A stretch of DNA of 64,000 nucleotides from assembly GCA_964016885.1 (NCBI GenBank), contig OZ024743.1, forward strand, positions 224,564,001 to 224,628,000, written 5' to 3'. The translations under genes were made by a program, and so were the position numbers. This document shows, in pieces, positions 1-13,895 of the stretch (positions are counted from its first letter, which is position 1; every line of letters starts with the position of its first letter). Under the pieces are notes generated by a model. The model had not been told where the DNA came from and did no database searches. It saw nothing but the letters and a program-made list of their open reading frames with translations. This DNA is from Eledone cirrhosa. Taxonomy: Eukaryota.

Positions 1-207
1 GTGAGAATCAATGTTTGCATTTTCTCTCTCTCTATATATATATATACCACTAGACTTCACTCAGCTCCACTTTACTTCATTACTCTACACTGCAATCTAC
101 TACACTCCACTGCATTGCACTATACTAGACTCTACTCTTCTCCACCACAGAGTACGAACACAATCAGGGTATCGCTACGTGGTCATTCGACCTGTTCTCA
201 CTCAACT

Positions 208-342
<135 letters not shown>

Positions 343-550
343 CTGTGGCCACAAATAGAAAGGAAACATGAAATAATGTAGTCTCTGTGCTATAAAAATT
401 TGCTCGATTAGAGTTGACCCAGAAATACTACATTCTGCATTAACACTTAACGTCCTGTACCACATGCAACAACACTGGCGATACATTTTTGAAAGGTACA
501 AAAAACACTATAACTGCATCACATTGACAATTAAAATCTTTATTTACATA

Positions 551-2311
551 TTGCAAATTTTCTCAACAATCTGTCCACAAGTAAAGATACTGTAAAGTCA
601 TTACAATTTCCACAACAATCTGTTCACTACTAAAGATACTGTAAAGTCATTACAATTTCCACAACAATCTGTTCACTAGAAAAGATATTGTAAAGTCATT
701 ACAATTTCCACAATAATCTGTTCACTAGAAAAGATATTGTAAAGTCATTACAATTTCGACAACAATCTGTTCACTAGAAAAGATATTGTAAAGTCATTAC
801 AATTTCCATAACAATCTGTTCCCTAGTAAAGATACTGTAAAGTCATTACAATTTCCATAACAATCTGTTCACTAGAAAAGATACTGTAAAGTCATTACAA
901 TTTCCACAACAATCTGTTCACTACTAAAGATACTGTAAAGTCATTACAATTTCCACAACAATCTGTTCACTAGAAAAGATACTGTAAAGTCATTACAATT
1001 TCCACAACAATCTGTTCACTAGAAAAGATACTGTAAAGTCATTACAATTTCCACAACAATCTGTTCACTAGAAAAGATATTGTAAAGTCATTACAATTTC
1101 CACAACAATCTGTTCACTAGAAAAGATACTGTAAAGTCATTACAATTTCCACAACAATCTGTTCACTAGAAAAGATATTGTAAAGTCATTACAATTTCCA
1201 TAACAATCTGTTCCCTAGTAAAGATACTGTAAAGTCATTACAATTTCCACAACAATCTGTTCACTACTAAAGATACTGTAAAGTCATTACAATTTCCACA
1301 ACAATCTGTTCACTAGAAAAGATATTGTAAAGTCATTACAATTTCGACAACAATCTGTTCACTAGAAAAGATATTGTAAAGTCATTACAATTTCCACAAC
1401 AATCTGTTCACTAGAAAAGATATTGTAAAGTCATTACAATTTCCATAACAATCTGTTCCCTAGTAAAGATACTGTAAAGTCATTACAATTTCCACAACAA
1501 TCTGTTCACTAGAAAAGATACTGTAAAGTCATTACAATTTCCATAACAATCTGTTCCCTAGTAAAGATACTGTAAAGGCATTACAGTTTCCACAACAATC
1601 TGTTCACTAGAAAAGATATTGTAAAGTCATTACAATTTCCACAATAATCTGTTCACTAGAAAAGATATTGTAAAGTCATTACAATTTCCACAACAATCTG
1701 TTCACTAGAAAAGATATTGTAAAGTCATTACAATTTCCATAACAATCTGTTCCCTAGTAAAGATACTGTAAAGTCATTACAATTTCCACAACAATCTGTT
1801 CACTAGAAAAGATACTGTAAAGTCATTACAATTTCCATAACAATCTGTTCCCTAGTAAAGATACTGTAAAGTCATTACAATTTCCACAACAATCTGTTCA
1901 CTAGAAAAGATACTGTAAAGGCATTACAGTTTCCACAACAATCTGTTCACTAGAAAAGATACTGTAAAGTCATTACAGTTTCCACAACAATCTGTTCACT
2001 AGAAAAGATACTGTAAAGTAATTACAGTTTCCACAACAATCTGTTCACTAGAAAAGATACTGTAAAGTCATTACAGTTTCCACAACAATCTGTTCACTAG
2101 AAAAGATATTGTAAAGTAATTACAGTTTCCACAACAATCTGTTCCCTAGTAAAGATACTGTAAAGTCATTACAATTTCCACAACAATTTGTTCACTAGAA
2201 AAGATACTGTAAAGTAATTACAGTTTCCACAACAATCTGTTCACTAGAAAAGATACTGTAAAGTCATTACAGTTTCCACAACAATCTGTTCACTAGAAAA
2301 GATACTGTAAA
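551..2311. repeat. 49-bp tandem minisatellite, about 36 copies
   Basis: Unit TTACAATTTCCACAACAATCTGTTCACTAGAAAAGATACTGTAAAGTCA recurs at 601, 650, etc. A few recurrent variants; no spacers. Confidence 0.95.
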
Positions 2312-2601
2312 TGTTTGAATTACCAAACTTGTTTTTAAATATTTTAAATATTTTCTTCTACATCAATGTAGGATGTTGAGAGTTAATACAACGTAATAAA
2401 TGCGACATTACACTTACACACACACACACACATACATACATACACTGTCACACATAGATGCACTTTCACTTTTACTCAGACACGCATACTCATACTCGCG
2501 CTGTCATATACTTACACACACACTTCACATAGAAGCTATCCTGTTATCAGATCTCTCTCGCTCTTTCTCCCCCCTCCCCTGCTCTCTCTTCATACATCAT
2601 T

Positions 2602-2790
2602 ATGGATTAGCAGTATCAGTAGAGGGTCGGGCGCCATGCTTTGCAGCATAGAGTTACGGCCCTTTACGGTCTGAGTTCAAATTACGCCGAGGTTAACCTT
2701 GCCCTTCATCCGTACGGGGTCGATAAAATAAAGTACCAGTAATACACTGGGATAATTGCTGGCCTTGTGCCAAAAGTAGAAACAATTATT
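2602..2790 (+). mobile_element. tRNA-derived SINE family 1 (representative copy)
   Basis: Head TGGATT(G/A)GCAGTATC(G/A)GTAGAG, B-box GAGTTCAAAT, core GCCTTTCATCCTTACGGGGTCGATAAAATAAAGTACCAG, tail GTAGAAACAATTATT. Other copies: 7000-7140+, 9250-9400+, 9640-9810+, 10511-10702+, 20505-20685+, 22652-22842-, 26404-26549-, 41745-41947-, 42272-42405-, 42420-42637-, 42790-42975+, 45416-45770- (x2), 48766-48945-, 48958-49176-, 50843-51063-, 59193-59378-, 63965-64000+. Confidence 0.9.
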
Positions 2791-2934
2791 ATGACTATAG
2801 CAATAACAACAAAAATAACTGCAAATTCAGTTGAAATATTTACAACAAAAACAATGACAGTTATTGCTGTAATGACAGCAACAACAGTAGCAACAACATG
2901 ACAGTAGCATACGGCAACTTTTACAGCAGAAATA

Positions 2935-2972
2935 TCATCATAATCATCACCATCATCACCGTCACCATCATC

Positions 2973-3009
<37 letters not shown>

Positions 3010-3112
3010 CAAATAATATCAGTCATCCACCTCCTCCACCACCACCACCACCCCACTAACAACATCAACCCCCACCACAAAAGCAAGAACACTACTATTA
3101 CTACTACCACTA

Positions 3113-3177
<65 letters not shown>

Positions 3178-3178
3178 T
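2935..3178. repeat. Mixed (CAT/CAA/CCA/CTA)n trinucleotide microsatellite
   Basis: Visible trinucleotide runs. Confidence 0.9.
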
Positions 3179-3179
3179 A

Positions 3180-3213
3180 ACTTATCCCGTGCAACGCCGG
3201 GTACCACTGCTAG
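3180..3213 (+). mobile_element. Helitron-like 3' terminus (hairpin plus CTAG|T)
   Basis: CCCGTGCAACGCCGGG TACCACTG CTAG T closely matches the reverse complement of the Helitron end at 35904-35931. Confidence 0.6.
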
Positions 3214-3786
3214 TATACTATATAGGATACAGTATATACTATATATTTCCATGGCGTGCAGATCCGATATTTTCCTTGAATATCTAAATAAGGAAAGTTC
3301 GTGTTGTTAATCCCTTGAATAATCCCGTCTTAATCCACAACGACCATTATCCTTGCGATAATCCTTCCTAAGCCATTATTACCATTCTGTGGACAAATGT
3401 AAGTAAATCTGATTGAAAGGAATGCTTGGCATTGGAATAAATTTCTATGTTGTAAATAAAGTATTAGTTTCTTTGACTATTGGTTTGTTTTAGCACATAG
3501 ATCTTCTTGTCGTGTTCACAAAAGTGTCAGTGACAAAGCTTGGCTAGATGTGGTTCTCTCGCAGCAGAATACATTGCTGTCCTTTCTCATTAATCTCTGT
3601 CAAGTCCAATGCTGTGCAGGGGTGTTCCAGCAAGGGCATATCAGGAGGTGCTGCGTAGTCTGTGGTTCGATGCCGCAGTCACGCACAAGGTCCTCATCCG
3701 TTAAATATCCCCCTTTTGCATGAGTTGACTTTTGCACGTCCAACACCAGATCTTAGCCTGTTTAGGCATTTCCACATAGATGAAGG

Positions 3787-3941
3787 TATGACTGTGTGGT
3801 TAAGAAGAAGTTTGCTTTGCAACCATGTAGCTACGGGACCAGCCCTACTGCGTGGTACCTTGAACAAGTGTCATCTACTATGTTTTGGGTTAACCAAAGC
3901 AATATGAGCAACATTTGGTAGACGGAAAGTGTGTGTATATG

Positions 3942-4024
<83 letters not shown>

Positions 4025-4165
4025 ATGTCTGTGTGCGTGTACGCGTGTATGTCTGCGTTTGTGAGTGTTTGCGTTTGTGTGCGTGGTTGTGTTTATGTTG
4101 ATTGTCTGTTCATAGCTCATAACTTAGCTGTTCGACCAAAAAGATCGATAAAATAGGCGTCAGAT
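3787..4165 (+). mobile_element. SINE family 3, with internal (TA)/(TG) tract
   Basis: TGACTGTGTGGTTAAG...CTGCGTGGTACCT..ACAAGTGTC..CTACTAT...CATAACTTAGC..TTCGAC is shared with the copy at 44742-45070. Confidence 0.7.
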
Positions 4166-4431
4166 TTAACAACAAAAAAAGTTGTGAATATTCATAGCAT
4201 TACAGATGACATTAGAAGTGAAAATGAAGAGATTCTAAATAGAAAGAAATACAAATGGTTTTATACGACAAACAAATGGTGTCTAATAAATTATATACAG
4301 TTTAGGATTTGCTAAAGGAACAAATGAATAAAGAAAATAGTCAGAAAGAAGAGAAATGAAAGAAGAAATACTGAGAGAAAACGTGTTCACTCAATTACAT
4401 ACCAAAGTCCACAGATCTGTTTACATACTAA

Positions 4432-4581
<150 letters not shown>

Positions 4582-4802
4582 CTACTGTACGTCTGTATAC
4601 ATATATGTATGTACGTATACATACTTATATTTAAGTATCAGCCGTACTAAGAGTGAGAAATGAAATATCATTTTTTCCATTTATCGTTTTCGGTACGCCC
4701 GGCCGACTAACTCATTTGATATGCAAATTAGGCTACTCAGCCGTTAATATGCATAAGGAAAGTATATACTTTCAAACGTTCAATCAACTGACAGGAAGGT
4801 AT

Positions 4803-4845
4803 ACGGTGCTGATGACAGCTAATAAGCTAGAAACTAGTTCATCGT
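4803..4845 (+). ncRNA. Minimal type-I hammerhead ribozyme
   Basis: Stem I ACGGTG/CATCGT; core CTGATGA 4809-4815; stem II AGC/GCT; GAAA; palindromic stem III ACTAGT; predicted cleavage after GUU. Confidence 0.75.
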
Positions 4846-5023
4846 TCCTTTGTCAGTGTTGAACAGTGTTGAAAAGTACGGCTTAATTCGGGCTGTTTGT
4901 TTACAAACAAACCGAACATTATAATAAATGTTCGGTAAACCCATATGTATATGTGTGCATATATGTATGTATATATACATACTACTGTATGTCTGTATAC
5001 ATATATGTATGTACGTATACATA

Positions 5024-5084
<61 letters not shown>

Positions 5085-5176
5085 GAGAAAGTTTAACCCC
5101 GACGGCAGAGCTCGAGCCGTTTCGACGGCTGATCCATCTGGTTCCTTACCACACCTCCTTCGTTATACACACACAC

Positions 5177-5257
<81 letters not shown>

Positions 5258-5324
5258 TACACATATATATGATATATGTTAAGCCTGTGTAGGGGTGGTA
5301 TGGTTATTATGTTATATGTCATAA

Positions 5325-5367
5325 TAATTGTTTCTACATTTCGGACGTGAGTCCCTCATCAGAAAGA
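5325..5367 (-). ncRNA. Hammerhead core, family A-like pLTR remnant
   Basis: Minus strand reads CTGATGA G GGAC TCAC GTCC GAAA. Stems I and III are unclear. Confidence 0.5.
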
Positions 5368-5425
5368 AGGAGAAATAAAAGAAGAAATAGAAAGACAAAA
5401 GTGAGAAGAATAAATAAATAAATAA

Positions 5426-5465
<40 letters not shown>

Positions 5466-5468
<3 letters not shown>

Positions 5469-5842
5469 ATATATTAATAAATGGAAACTATATTTATAAA
5501 ACCATAATTATTTTATTATATATATTTCAAGGGCGACCAAGGTAAATTATGGTGCGCTTTCATCAGATAAAATACAGATTTGTTTTATAAATAAATATTG
5601 ACATACCCGGCAAAAAGACAACCTCAACGGTTTTTATAAAACAAATCTGTATTTTATCTGATGAAAGCGCACCATAATTTACCTTGGTAGCCCTTGAAAT
5701 ATATATAATAAAATAATTATGGTTTTATAAATATAGTTTCCATTAATATATTGTATATTTACTCCACTAACTTGTTGAGTGCTTTATATCAGTTATAAAA
5801 ATTGTTAAGCTTGTTGAATCCCAACAAATTAAATATAACCTC

Positions 5843-5846
<4 letters not shown>
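5466..5846. mobile_element. Fold-back PLE pseudo-LTR with two opposed hammerheads (family B)
   Basis: Inverted arms 5466-5591 and 5633-5753, then a tail to 5846; flanked by (TA)n. Homologous to 30455-30900 and to the 3' end of the PLE at 61040-61265. Confidence 0.8.
5650..5715 (+). ncRNA. Type-I hammerhead ribozyme (antisense twin at 5509-5574)
   Basis: Stem I TATTTTAT/ATAAAATA (8 bp); CTGATGA 5658-5664; stem II AAG..ACCA/TGGT..CTT; GAAA 5696-5699; palindromic stem III ATATATAT; AUA cleavage site. Confidence 0.85.
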
Positions 5847-5872
<26 letters not shown>

Positions 5873-5876
<4 letters not shown>

Positions 5877-5961
5877 AAAAGGTATGACCCACTCTACTAC
5901 CCTAAGTATTGAGTACTCTGGTGCGTTATGGTCCATCTGGTTCCTTACCACAATTCCTTCG

Positions 5962-5964
<3 letters not shown>
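5873..5964 (+). mobile_element. pLTR tail fragment (family C)
   Basis: CCACTCTACTACCCTAAGTATTGAGTACT..GGTGCGTTATGGTCCA.CTGGTTCCTTACCAC also occurs at 29941-30018 and 30980-31056, and partly at 5082-5165; all lie within (TA)n. Confidence 0.7.
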
Positions 5965-6057
<93 letters not shown>

Positions 6058-6077
6058 GTATATATGTATATATATAT

Positions 6078-6355
6078 CCAGGGAGTGTAAGGTGAAGTTA
6101 CTGTTGGTTCACCCAGGTGAGCACTCGGTATTTAGGTTCACCTCTGTAGTGAGGTGTAGAGCTAAACAGAGTGTAAATATAATAATACAAGGACAATTTG
6201 TTATGCCTTCATTACGTTTATTGATTGTTGACGCGCGTTTCGCTATTGATCAGCTCAAGGTTCGATCTGTATCGATCTGGCCCGACTCTGGAATCAAAAG
6301 CTCGTCGGACCTCTGCTGTTGTCTAACAGCTTTTGATTCCAGAATCGGGCCAGAT
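6078..6355 (-). mobile_element. HHR-bearing pLTR remnant with short inverted arm
   Basis: Minus strand: CCGACGA (degenerate core), GCTTTTGATT...GATCAATAGC (long stem II), GAAA CGCGCG TC. A 28-bp inverted repeat at 6275-6302/6328-6355; GAGTGCT tail motif; TA flanks. Confidence 0.6.
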
Positions 6356-7146
6356 ATATATATATTGTAGGTGTACATGTAAATATCTTTATTAGCATCT
6401 TTCGGTGCCTACAATTTGATTTTTTTAAATTTATGTTTTAAGATGGCTTTTAAGTTTTGACTTACTAGAACCCTGGCAACGAGTATGTGAGGAAAGGGGT
6501 ACTACTGGATCCAAGAGTCCCCATTGTCGGCTCGCCTCATTTAACGATATCTTGACTCCTATCTCAGCCTCCACTTTTCGTTTACTTTAAAAGAATTCGG
6601 TTTGCCTCTCCTTAATGATATCTTCCCTCCCTCTTTCCCTCTTTACTTTACGGTGACTTTCAAAGAATTCGTGCCAACGAATGATCAAATTCAGAACAAG
6701 CGATCAAATTCATCAACAGCCTGCGATTAAACATCTGCATTAGTGTTTGAATTGTGCAGTGTTATTCGACAACAGGAAAGAGATGTTTGCTAGTTGAAGC
6801 TGTGCGTAGTAGAAATGAAATATTGTCCAGCAAGTTGTAATTCACGAAAGCTTGAGTGATGTAGCAAGAATTAAATTAAAAAATGAGCTTGCTTTGGTGA
6901 ATTCTTATTTTCTGTTAAATTAAATTAATCGATTGCCACTAATCAAACGAGAAAAGTTTCTTATAATATAAAGAATACGATGAAATGATTCACTTGTAAA
7001 TAGAGTTACGTCCCTTTATGATCTGAGTTCAAATCCCGCCGAGGTTAACTTTACCTTTCATCCTCACGGGGTCGATAAAATAAAGTAACAGTAATGTACT
7101 GGGTAATTGCTGGCCTTGTGCCTAAAATAGAAACAATTATTGAATG

Positions 7147-7631
7147 TACTCTCTGGTCCCAAATAATGGGGGTGGGGTGGGGGTTGGAATAAACCGGGGT
7201 GGGAGTGAGGATGGACATTTGCTTAAATTCTTATAAGCAGGGGTATTGGGAAGTCGGTAATTGTATAGTGTATGTTCGTAAATAAGGGATTTCTTGTAAT
7301 GTTCCTTTTTGACATACATAATATCTTTTTCATGTAAAATAAAATAATTATTAGATTCTCCAGGTGGTGTATCGATATGAATCACCTCGCCGGAGATAGA
7401 TTAGCAAAATTTAATAAGCGGGGTGTTGGAAAAAAAATCTGAAAAATTAATAAGCAAGGGTGGGATTATTCAAGATCTGAAAGTAATTTATTGTTACAGT
7501 AAATTTACATAGACACCTGAGTAATTTATATAGGCAGTTGTAAGTGGGTGTTGGAATAAAAGCGGGGTAGGGGGATCTTAAAAATTAACAAGCATGTGGG
7601 GGGGGGGGGGGTTATTCAGGACCTGAGACTA
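7147..7631. mobile_element. Putative Tc1/mariner-type MITE
   Basis: Imperfect TIRs TACTCTCTGGTCCCAAATAA / TTATTCAGGACCTGAGACTA; internal repeats of AATAAGC.GGGGT.TTGGAA. Confidence 0.45.
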
Positions 7632-7689
7632 GGTGGCATCCAAAGAATATCAACTCAAAGGATATGAACGCAAAAGTATAAACAGAATG

Positions 7690-7993
7690 TGAAGATGCAT
7701 GGCCTTGTGGTTAAGGTGTTCGGCTCCGATCGTAAAGTCATGAGTTCAATTTCCGGTGGCACGTCGAGTAGGATACTTTATTTTATATTGGCCTAGTACA
7801 TTCATCTGAAAAAAAAAAAGTTATACCAGTAATTCAAAGAGGTCAACCTTGGCGCAATCGTGTCACCTTGAGAATTACGTTAAAGGTACACGTGTTTGTG
7901 GAATGCTCAGCCACTTGCATTTTAATTTGACAAGTAGCTGTTCTGCTGATTAAACAACTAGAGAACTCCTCGTCTAAACCGACGGAGGTCCAA
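7690..7993 (+). mobile_element. tRNA-derived SINE family 2 (representative copy)
   Basis: tRNA-like head (TGGCCTTGTGGTTAAGG...GAGTTCAAT), family core GTCCTTGAGCAAGACACTTTATTTCACGTTGCTCCAGT (degenerate in this copy), tail GGTACACGTGT.TGTGG...GACGGAG. Related copies: 8876-9195+, 12712-12945-, 21297-21583-, 29187-29436+, 41134-41255+, 45897-46080-, 47508-47670-, 47948-48190+, 55565-55682-. Confidence 0.8.
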
Positions 7994-8263
7994 TACACAC
8001 GCATTAACAATATTTCTAGTTCGGCTATAGAAATATGTTTGTATGGTTGTATACTTCACAACGTGTGCTGGTTGATAGAGAGAGAGAGAGAGAGGGGGGA
8101 GGGAGAACTAGAGAGGGAGAGGAGGGAGAGCTAGAAAGGAGAGAGAGGGGAGAGAGAGCGATAGAGATAGAGATAAAGAGGTAGAGACAAATAAAGAGAT
8201 AGAGATAAAGAGAGATAGATAGAGATAAGGAGATAGATAGAGATAGAGAAAGAAAGAGAAAGA

Positions 8264-8348
<85 letters not shown>

Positions 8349-10215
8349 AGTTTGCTACTTCAGCCGCTAGCCAGCAGGTTGGTCAATCTCCCAGCAGCCG
8401 TTTATTCTGTGTCAGCTACTGCAACTGAAACTGCTGCTAGTATGCAGCGGGTCAGCATTTATATAGCCAGTCGTGACTTTCACACCTATTCTTCAAACAA
8501 CGTTGAGTTTGTGGTGTAAAACTGATGAAAATAACGAAGGCATTTTGCTAGATCGGGAAGAAGGGCTCTGCCCATGACTTTTGCAGTCTCTCCGAGATCG
8601 ATAACATTACTTCTTTGATGTTTAGTATAAAATGTGCAGAGTCAGTATTCTGGAGAAGAAAGCCTAATGGTTACTACGGAGCCAGTGGTTGGGTTGACTA
8701 AACCCGAGAATATAGCGGTGACTCACGCATGTGCAATGAAGACATTGCCAAATGTGCTCTTTTTTTAATTCAAGACGGTAAGGTATGATTTGAGGATGAA
8801 ATATCTGCTATTTCTAGCAGGCTGAACAGTTCGTAGACTCTCTTTTATTGGTTGGAAATATATATGTTGTAGACTAATGTGTTATGTGGTTAGAGCATTG
8901 GGCTCACAATCGTAAGATCGTGGGTTCCATTCCCAAACCAGATACTGCATTGTGCCTTTGAGCAAGATACTTTATTTCACATTGCTTCAGTCCATTAGCC
9001 GGAAAATATTGTGACGATATTGGCAGCATGCTGTATCAAACTTTGCCTTTCTTTTGGACATTAATGGAGAGGAGAAGACGGATATATTCATAGGCAACTG
9101 CTGGTCTTTCACAAAAGCACTTTGCCCAGGCTTATACTTTGGATAGGAACTTTCCACGTGTAAACCGATGGTCAGTTATCACCTAAAAGGACCTTAATAG
9201 TCTGTTATATAAAGGTGATATTTTGTTTAAGTTGCTGTAAGATTATACTTAGGCGGCGAATTGGTAGAGTGGTTAGAACGTCAGATAGAATGCTCTGAGG
9301 TATTCGTTCTGGCTTTCTGAGTTCAAATCTCGCCGAGGTCAACTTTTCTTTCATCTTTTCGAGGTCGATAAAAAGTACCAGTCTAGTACAGGAATCGATT
9401 CTTCCTCTATATCTCTTTTTCATTTCCTTTCTCTCATTTTCTATCTTTCTCTGGAAGAAATCTGCCTTACTCAGGCCTGGAGAACAATGGGCTCCATTAG
9501 GCTTAGAAATTGCCCAGGTGACCCCGTATGTCAATACAGTGCCTCTACGACTCTATCAGGAACTACAGGACCATACCATACCAAGATTATACTTGAGTTT
9601 GTGTAAGATTACATATTTTATTATATGGAGATACAAAAGCGATGGATTAGCAGAATAGTTAGAGATTTGGATAACTCGCTTCGCTGTATTTGTTTGGGCC
9701 TTTTATATTCTGAGTTCAAATCCCACCAACATCAACCTTGCCTTTTATCCAAGCAATAGGGTTGATTACATCCATGAAATTGCTGGTATTGTGCCTAATT
9801 TAGAAAGCTTTATACAGAAATTCCGTAATGATTCGTTGTGTTATTTCGAGTGCATTTCATTATTTTAAAAGAACTGTGTAACATTATGTACCATTGAATT
9901 ACATAACTTTGTATATTTACATGATTAAATCTACACACATAAAGACAAACACATGTATGTATAGCTATATCTATGTATATATACACCTACAGAAGCTTCT
10001 ATTTAATTATGTCATTTAAAATGCTGTTACTCTCTGTTATTTTCTATTAATATATATGTACTGTTTTATTCCACCATATCCACAATAGAGTCTTCAAATA
10101 ACTTACAATTATATTTCAAAATAAAGACCAAAAAACAAACAAACAAAAGTTTCCAGCACGTGAAATGTATTGTCCAACTGCTTTACACACACACACACAC
10201 ACACACACATATATG

Positions 10216-10269
<54 letters not shown>

Positions 10270-11437
10270 TATATGGGTATATAATTTTTAAGAGTTAGAC
10301 TACATACATCCCCTTTGTCAGGTAAAAACGTTACTTTAGAAATAATAAATAGTTATACATAGAAATATGCTCCGGTATGCTCTGGTACGTTATTCATTAT
10401 GTGAGTTGTTATTGAAAATATATATTATACTAGAAACGAACATCAATTCGGACTAATTTTGGTGAAATTATTAATATTCTATTAATTTACTTAATGACTA
10501 CATTATATAAGGGCGGTGGATTGGCAGTATCGGTAGAAGGTCGGACGCTATGCTTTGACGCATAGAGTTACAGCCCTTGCCATTCTGAGTTCAAATCCCG
10601 CCGAGGATAACTTTGCCTTTCATCCTTACGGGGGTCGATAAAATAAAGTACCAGTAATGCACTGAGTAATTGCTGGCCTTGTGTCAAAAGTAGAAACAAT
10701 TATATATATCCCACAACACTATTTTCTAATTGTTTGGTACAAATAACTGTGGAAGTATTGCATGGCTGTTTCATTTTTGTGTTGGTCGCCATTGAGACTA
10801 ATCATGTCATCAGACTGCAATTTCCCTCCCAAGAATCTGGACTGGGGCATCACGCATAAGGAAGATTCCTTGCGAGGAGGAATGGCTGACGCGTCGTGTA
10901 TCGTTGGTTGTTCTCCACCATGAATGCTACAGCTTTTCATTTGGTCATGGGTGCTACAGTGTTTGTATAGAGTGGAAAATATTGCTTCAGCATTGACCAA
11001 ACGATATTTTAAAATCACCTATTGTTGAGGCCCTCAACGGTACGCCCCATACAACAAAATGGAGCTCACATCGCATTAGCACATTGCGACACAACTTTTT
11101 ACGTCTACTAGTCAGCATTAAACTGAAACAAACCAATGAAGAAAAAAATCATTATCTTCAAACGGTACTGTAGGAAATGTCGGATAGACCACCGAGACTA
11201 GGATAAATTTTGGCCAATAACAATTCCATTGTTTGTCCCAGGTGGTGTGCTATTAAATTAAACAGCCTGAGCCATTACTGCCCAAAACCTAAATCTAATT
11301 TTAACTAGGATCACATCCAATTACTTATCCCCTTTTATAGATGATAGACCGTGATTTGTAGAGGATTTGGGTACTATGTATAGCAAGTTTGGCAATTTTA
11401 TAAAACTGTCTTATTCAAATGTTATGCACAAATATGT

Positions 11438-11560
11438 ACTTCTGATGAAGAACTAGTGCCTGAAACGCAAATACTCTTTTCCTACTATAGCAAGCGTTAA
11501 ACTAATATATTTTCGTTGTACTGTGTTGTATGTTTCGTTATATGTGTATTCCGTGTTTTC
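11438..11560 (+). mobile_element. HHR-bearing short repeat, family A
   Basis: TTCTGATGAAG.ACTAG.G.C.GAAA...TTCCTACTAT..CAAGCGTTAA.CTAATATAT is shared with 21733-21850+, 25730-25798-, 29641-29728+ (truncated) and 57370-57500+. Confidence 0.65.
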
Positions 11561-11611
11561 AGCCACCTGTTATATATGTATATATATATATATATATATA
11601 TCAGCCACCTG

Positions 11612-11651
<40 letters not shown>

Positions 11652-12049
11652 TAGATATAGATAGAAAGGATATACATTTAACAGTCTGTTGTAATGTCAG
11701 TGAAAAAATAGAAAACGTTAATGATACATTTGACCTCAAATATTGAAACATCTGTTACTATATTTCTTGTGAAAAGCACTGATTATGATTTTAAAATAAT
11801 TTTGAAAATGATCATGAATTTGGAGGGATTTAGTGATATAACTGACTTTCTGATTATTAAACAAGTATTGGGGACGTAACTTAAGAAAGGTTCTTACATA
11901 AAATTATGATGGAGGGGTTTTGTCGTTAAATATAAAAAAAAAACTTTAAAAATGAACAGTTTTGTTGTATGGTAGAATGGTTTGATATCAAAGGGTTAAA
12001 ACATCTGTCCCCAAGTTTGGGAATGACGTGGTTTCAGTGTATGATATGG

Positions 12050-12121
<72 letters not shown>

Positions 12122-12167
12122 TGTGTGTGTGCAAGTGGGGGTGGGGTGTAGGGGGATATATATATAT

Positions 12168-12227
<60 letters not shown>

Positions 12228-12230
<3 letters not shown>

Positions 12231-12663
12231 AAATAGGATTTCGCTTCAAGCATAGCTTTATACAATATGTATAAATATTTCGTATCTCCAAGGAAATACG
12301 GTTTTAGGAAGCCGTAGCTATGCAAACACCGGGGGGGGGGGGGGGGGGGGGCTAACGCCCTCTGGTAATGTCCAGCAGAAGCAAGGGGGACAACCGTCGA
12401 TGCATTTCAGGCTTAACTGGCCTTCGTCAGGACGGTCCCTCCCACCGCTTGTGACTGCTGGACTAGAAGACAGCCGAGAATATATGGTGGGAGTGACCGT
12501 CCTGACGAAGGCCAGTTAAGCTTGAAATGCATCGACGGTTGTCCCCCTTGCTTCTGCTGGACATCACCAGGACATCACCAGAGGGCGTTAGGCCCCCGGT
12601 GTTTGCATAGCTACGGCTTCCTAAAACCGTATTTCCTTGGAGATACGAAATATTTATACATAT
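12228..12663. mobile_element. Fold-back element with two opposed intact hammerheads (family D)
   Basis: Arms 12266-12446 and 12486-12663 are near-perfect reverse complements; 38-nt extra tail on the minus arm; (TA)n flanks. Confidence 0.85.
12495..12540 (+). ncRNA. Minimal type-I hammerhead ribozyme (antisense twin at 12392-12437)
   Basis: Stem I GACCGTC/GACGGTT; CTGACGA 12502-12508; stem II AGGC/GCTT; GAAA 12524-12527; palindromic stem III ATGCAT; AUC cleavage at 12533. Confidence 0.9.
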
Positions 12664-13045
12664 ATATGTGTATATATATATATATATTATATACATATAT
12701 TATATATATAGACACTCCGTCGATTACGACGACGAGTGTTCCAGTCGACACGACCAACGGAATTGCCTGCTCGTGAAATTAACGTGCAAGTGACTGAAGA
12801 TTCCACAGACACGCGTACCCTTAACGTAATTAGTTGTCAGGGAGATTCAACGTGTGGCAAGGCTGGCCCTTCTTAATTTCAACTGAGTGGACTGGAGCAA
12901 CGTGAAATAAAATGTCGAATACCTTAACCACAAAGCCACGAGCCTTTATATATATATGAAAATAGAGAAATTAATGTGAGCAAGAAGCCAACAGTATATC
13001 ATAATATATAAGTGACTATAACGTCAAGATGGAAAATATTTAACG

Positions 13046-13362
<317 letters not shown>

Positions 13363-13384
13363 TATATATATATATATATATATT

Positions 13385-13721
<337 letters not shown>

Positions 13722-13813
13722 TATATATGTATACATATATATATTTTATATATATGTATGTATATAATAAATATAACCTACACATCCACTGGTGTATGCT
13801 TAATATATATATG

Positions 13814-13895
<82 letters not shown>

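Noticed and set aside
551-2311. CRISPR-like array
   Set aside because: Units are contiguous with no unique spacers; no cas genes; eukaryotic context.
10511-10605. tRNA genes
   Set aside because: A/B-box-like heads belong to SINEs and continue into SINE core and tail; no complete cloverleaf.
10719-11018. 99-aa ORF as a host exon
   Set aside because: No recognisable motif; more likely decayed transposon sequence.
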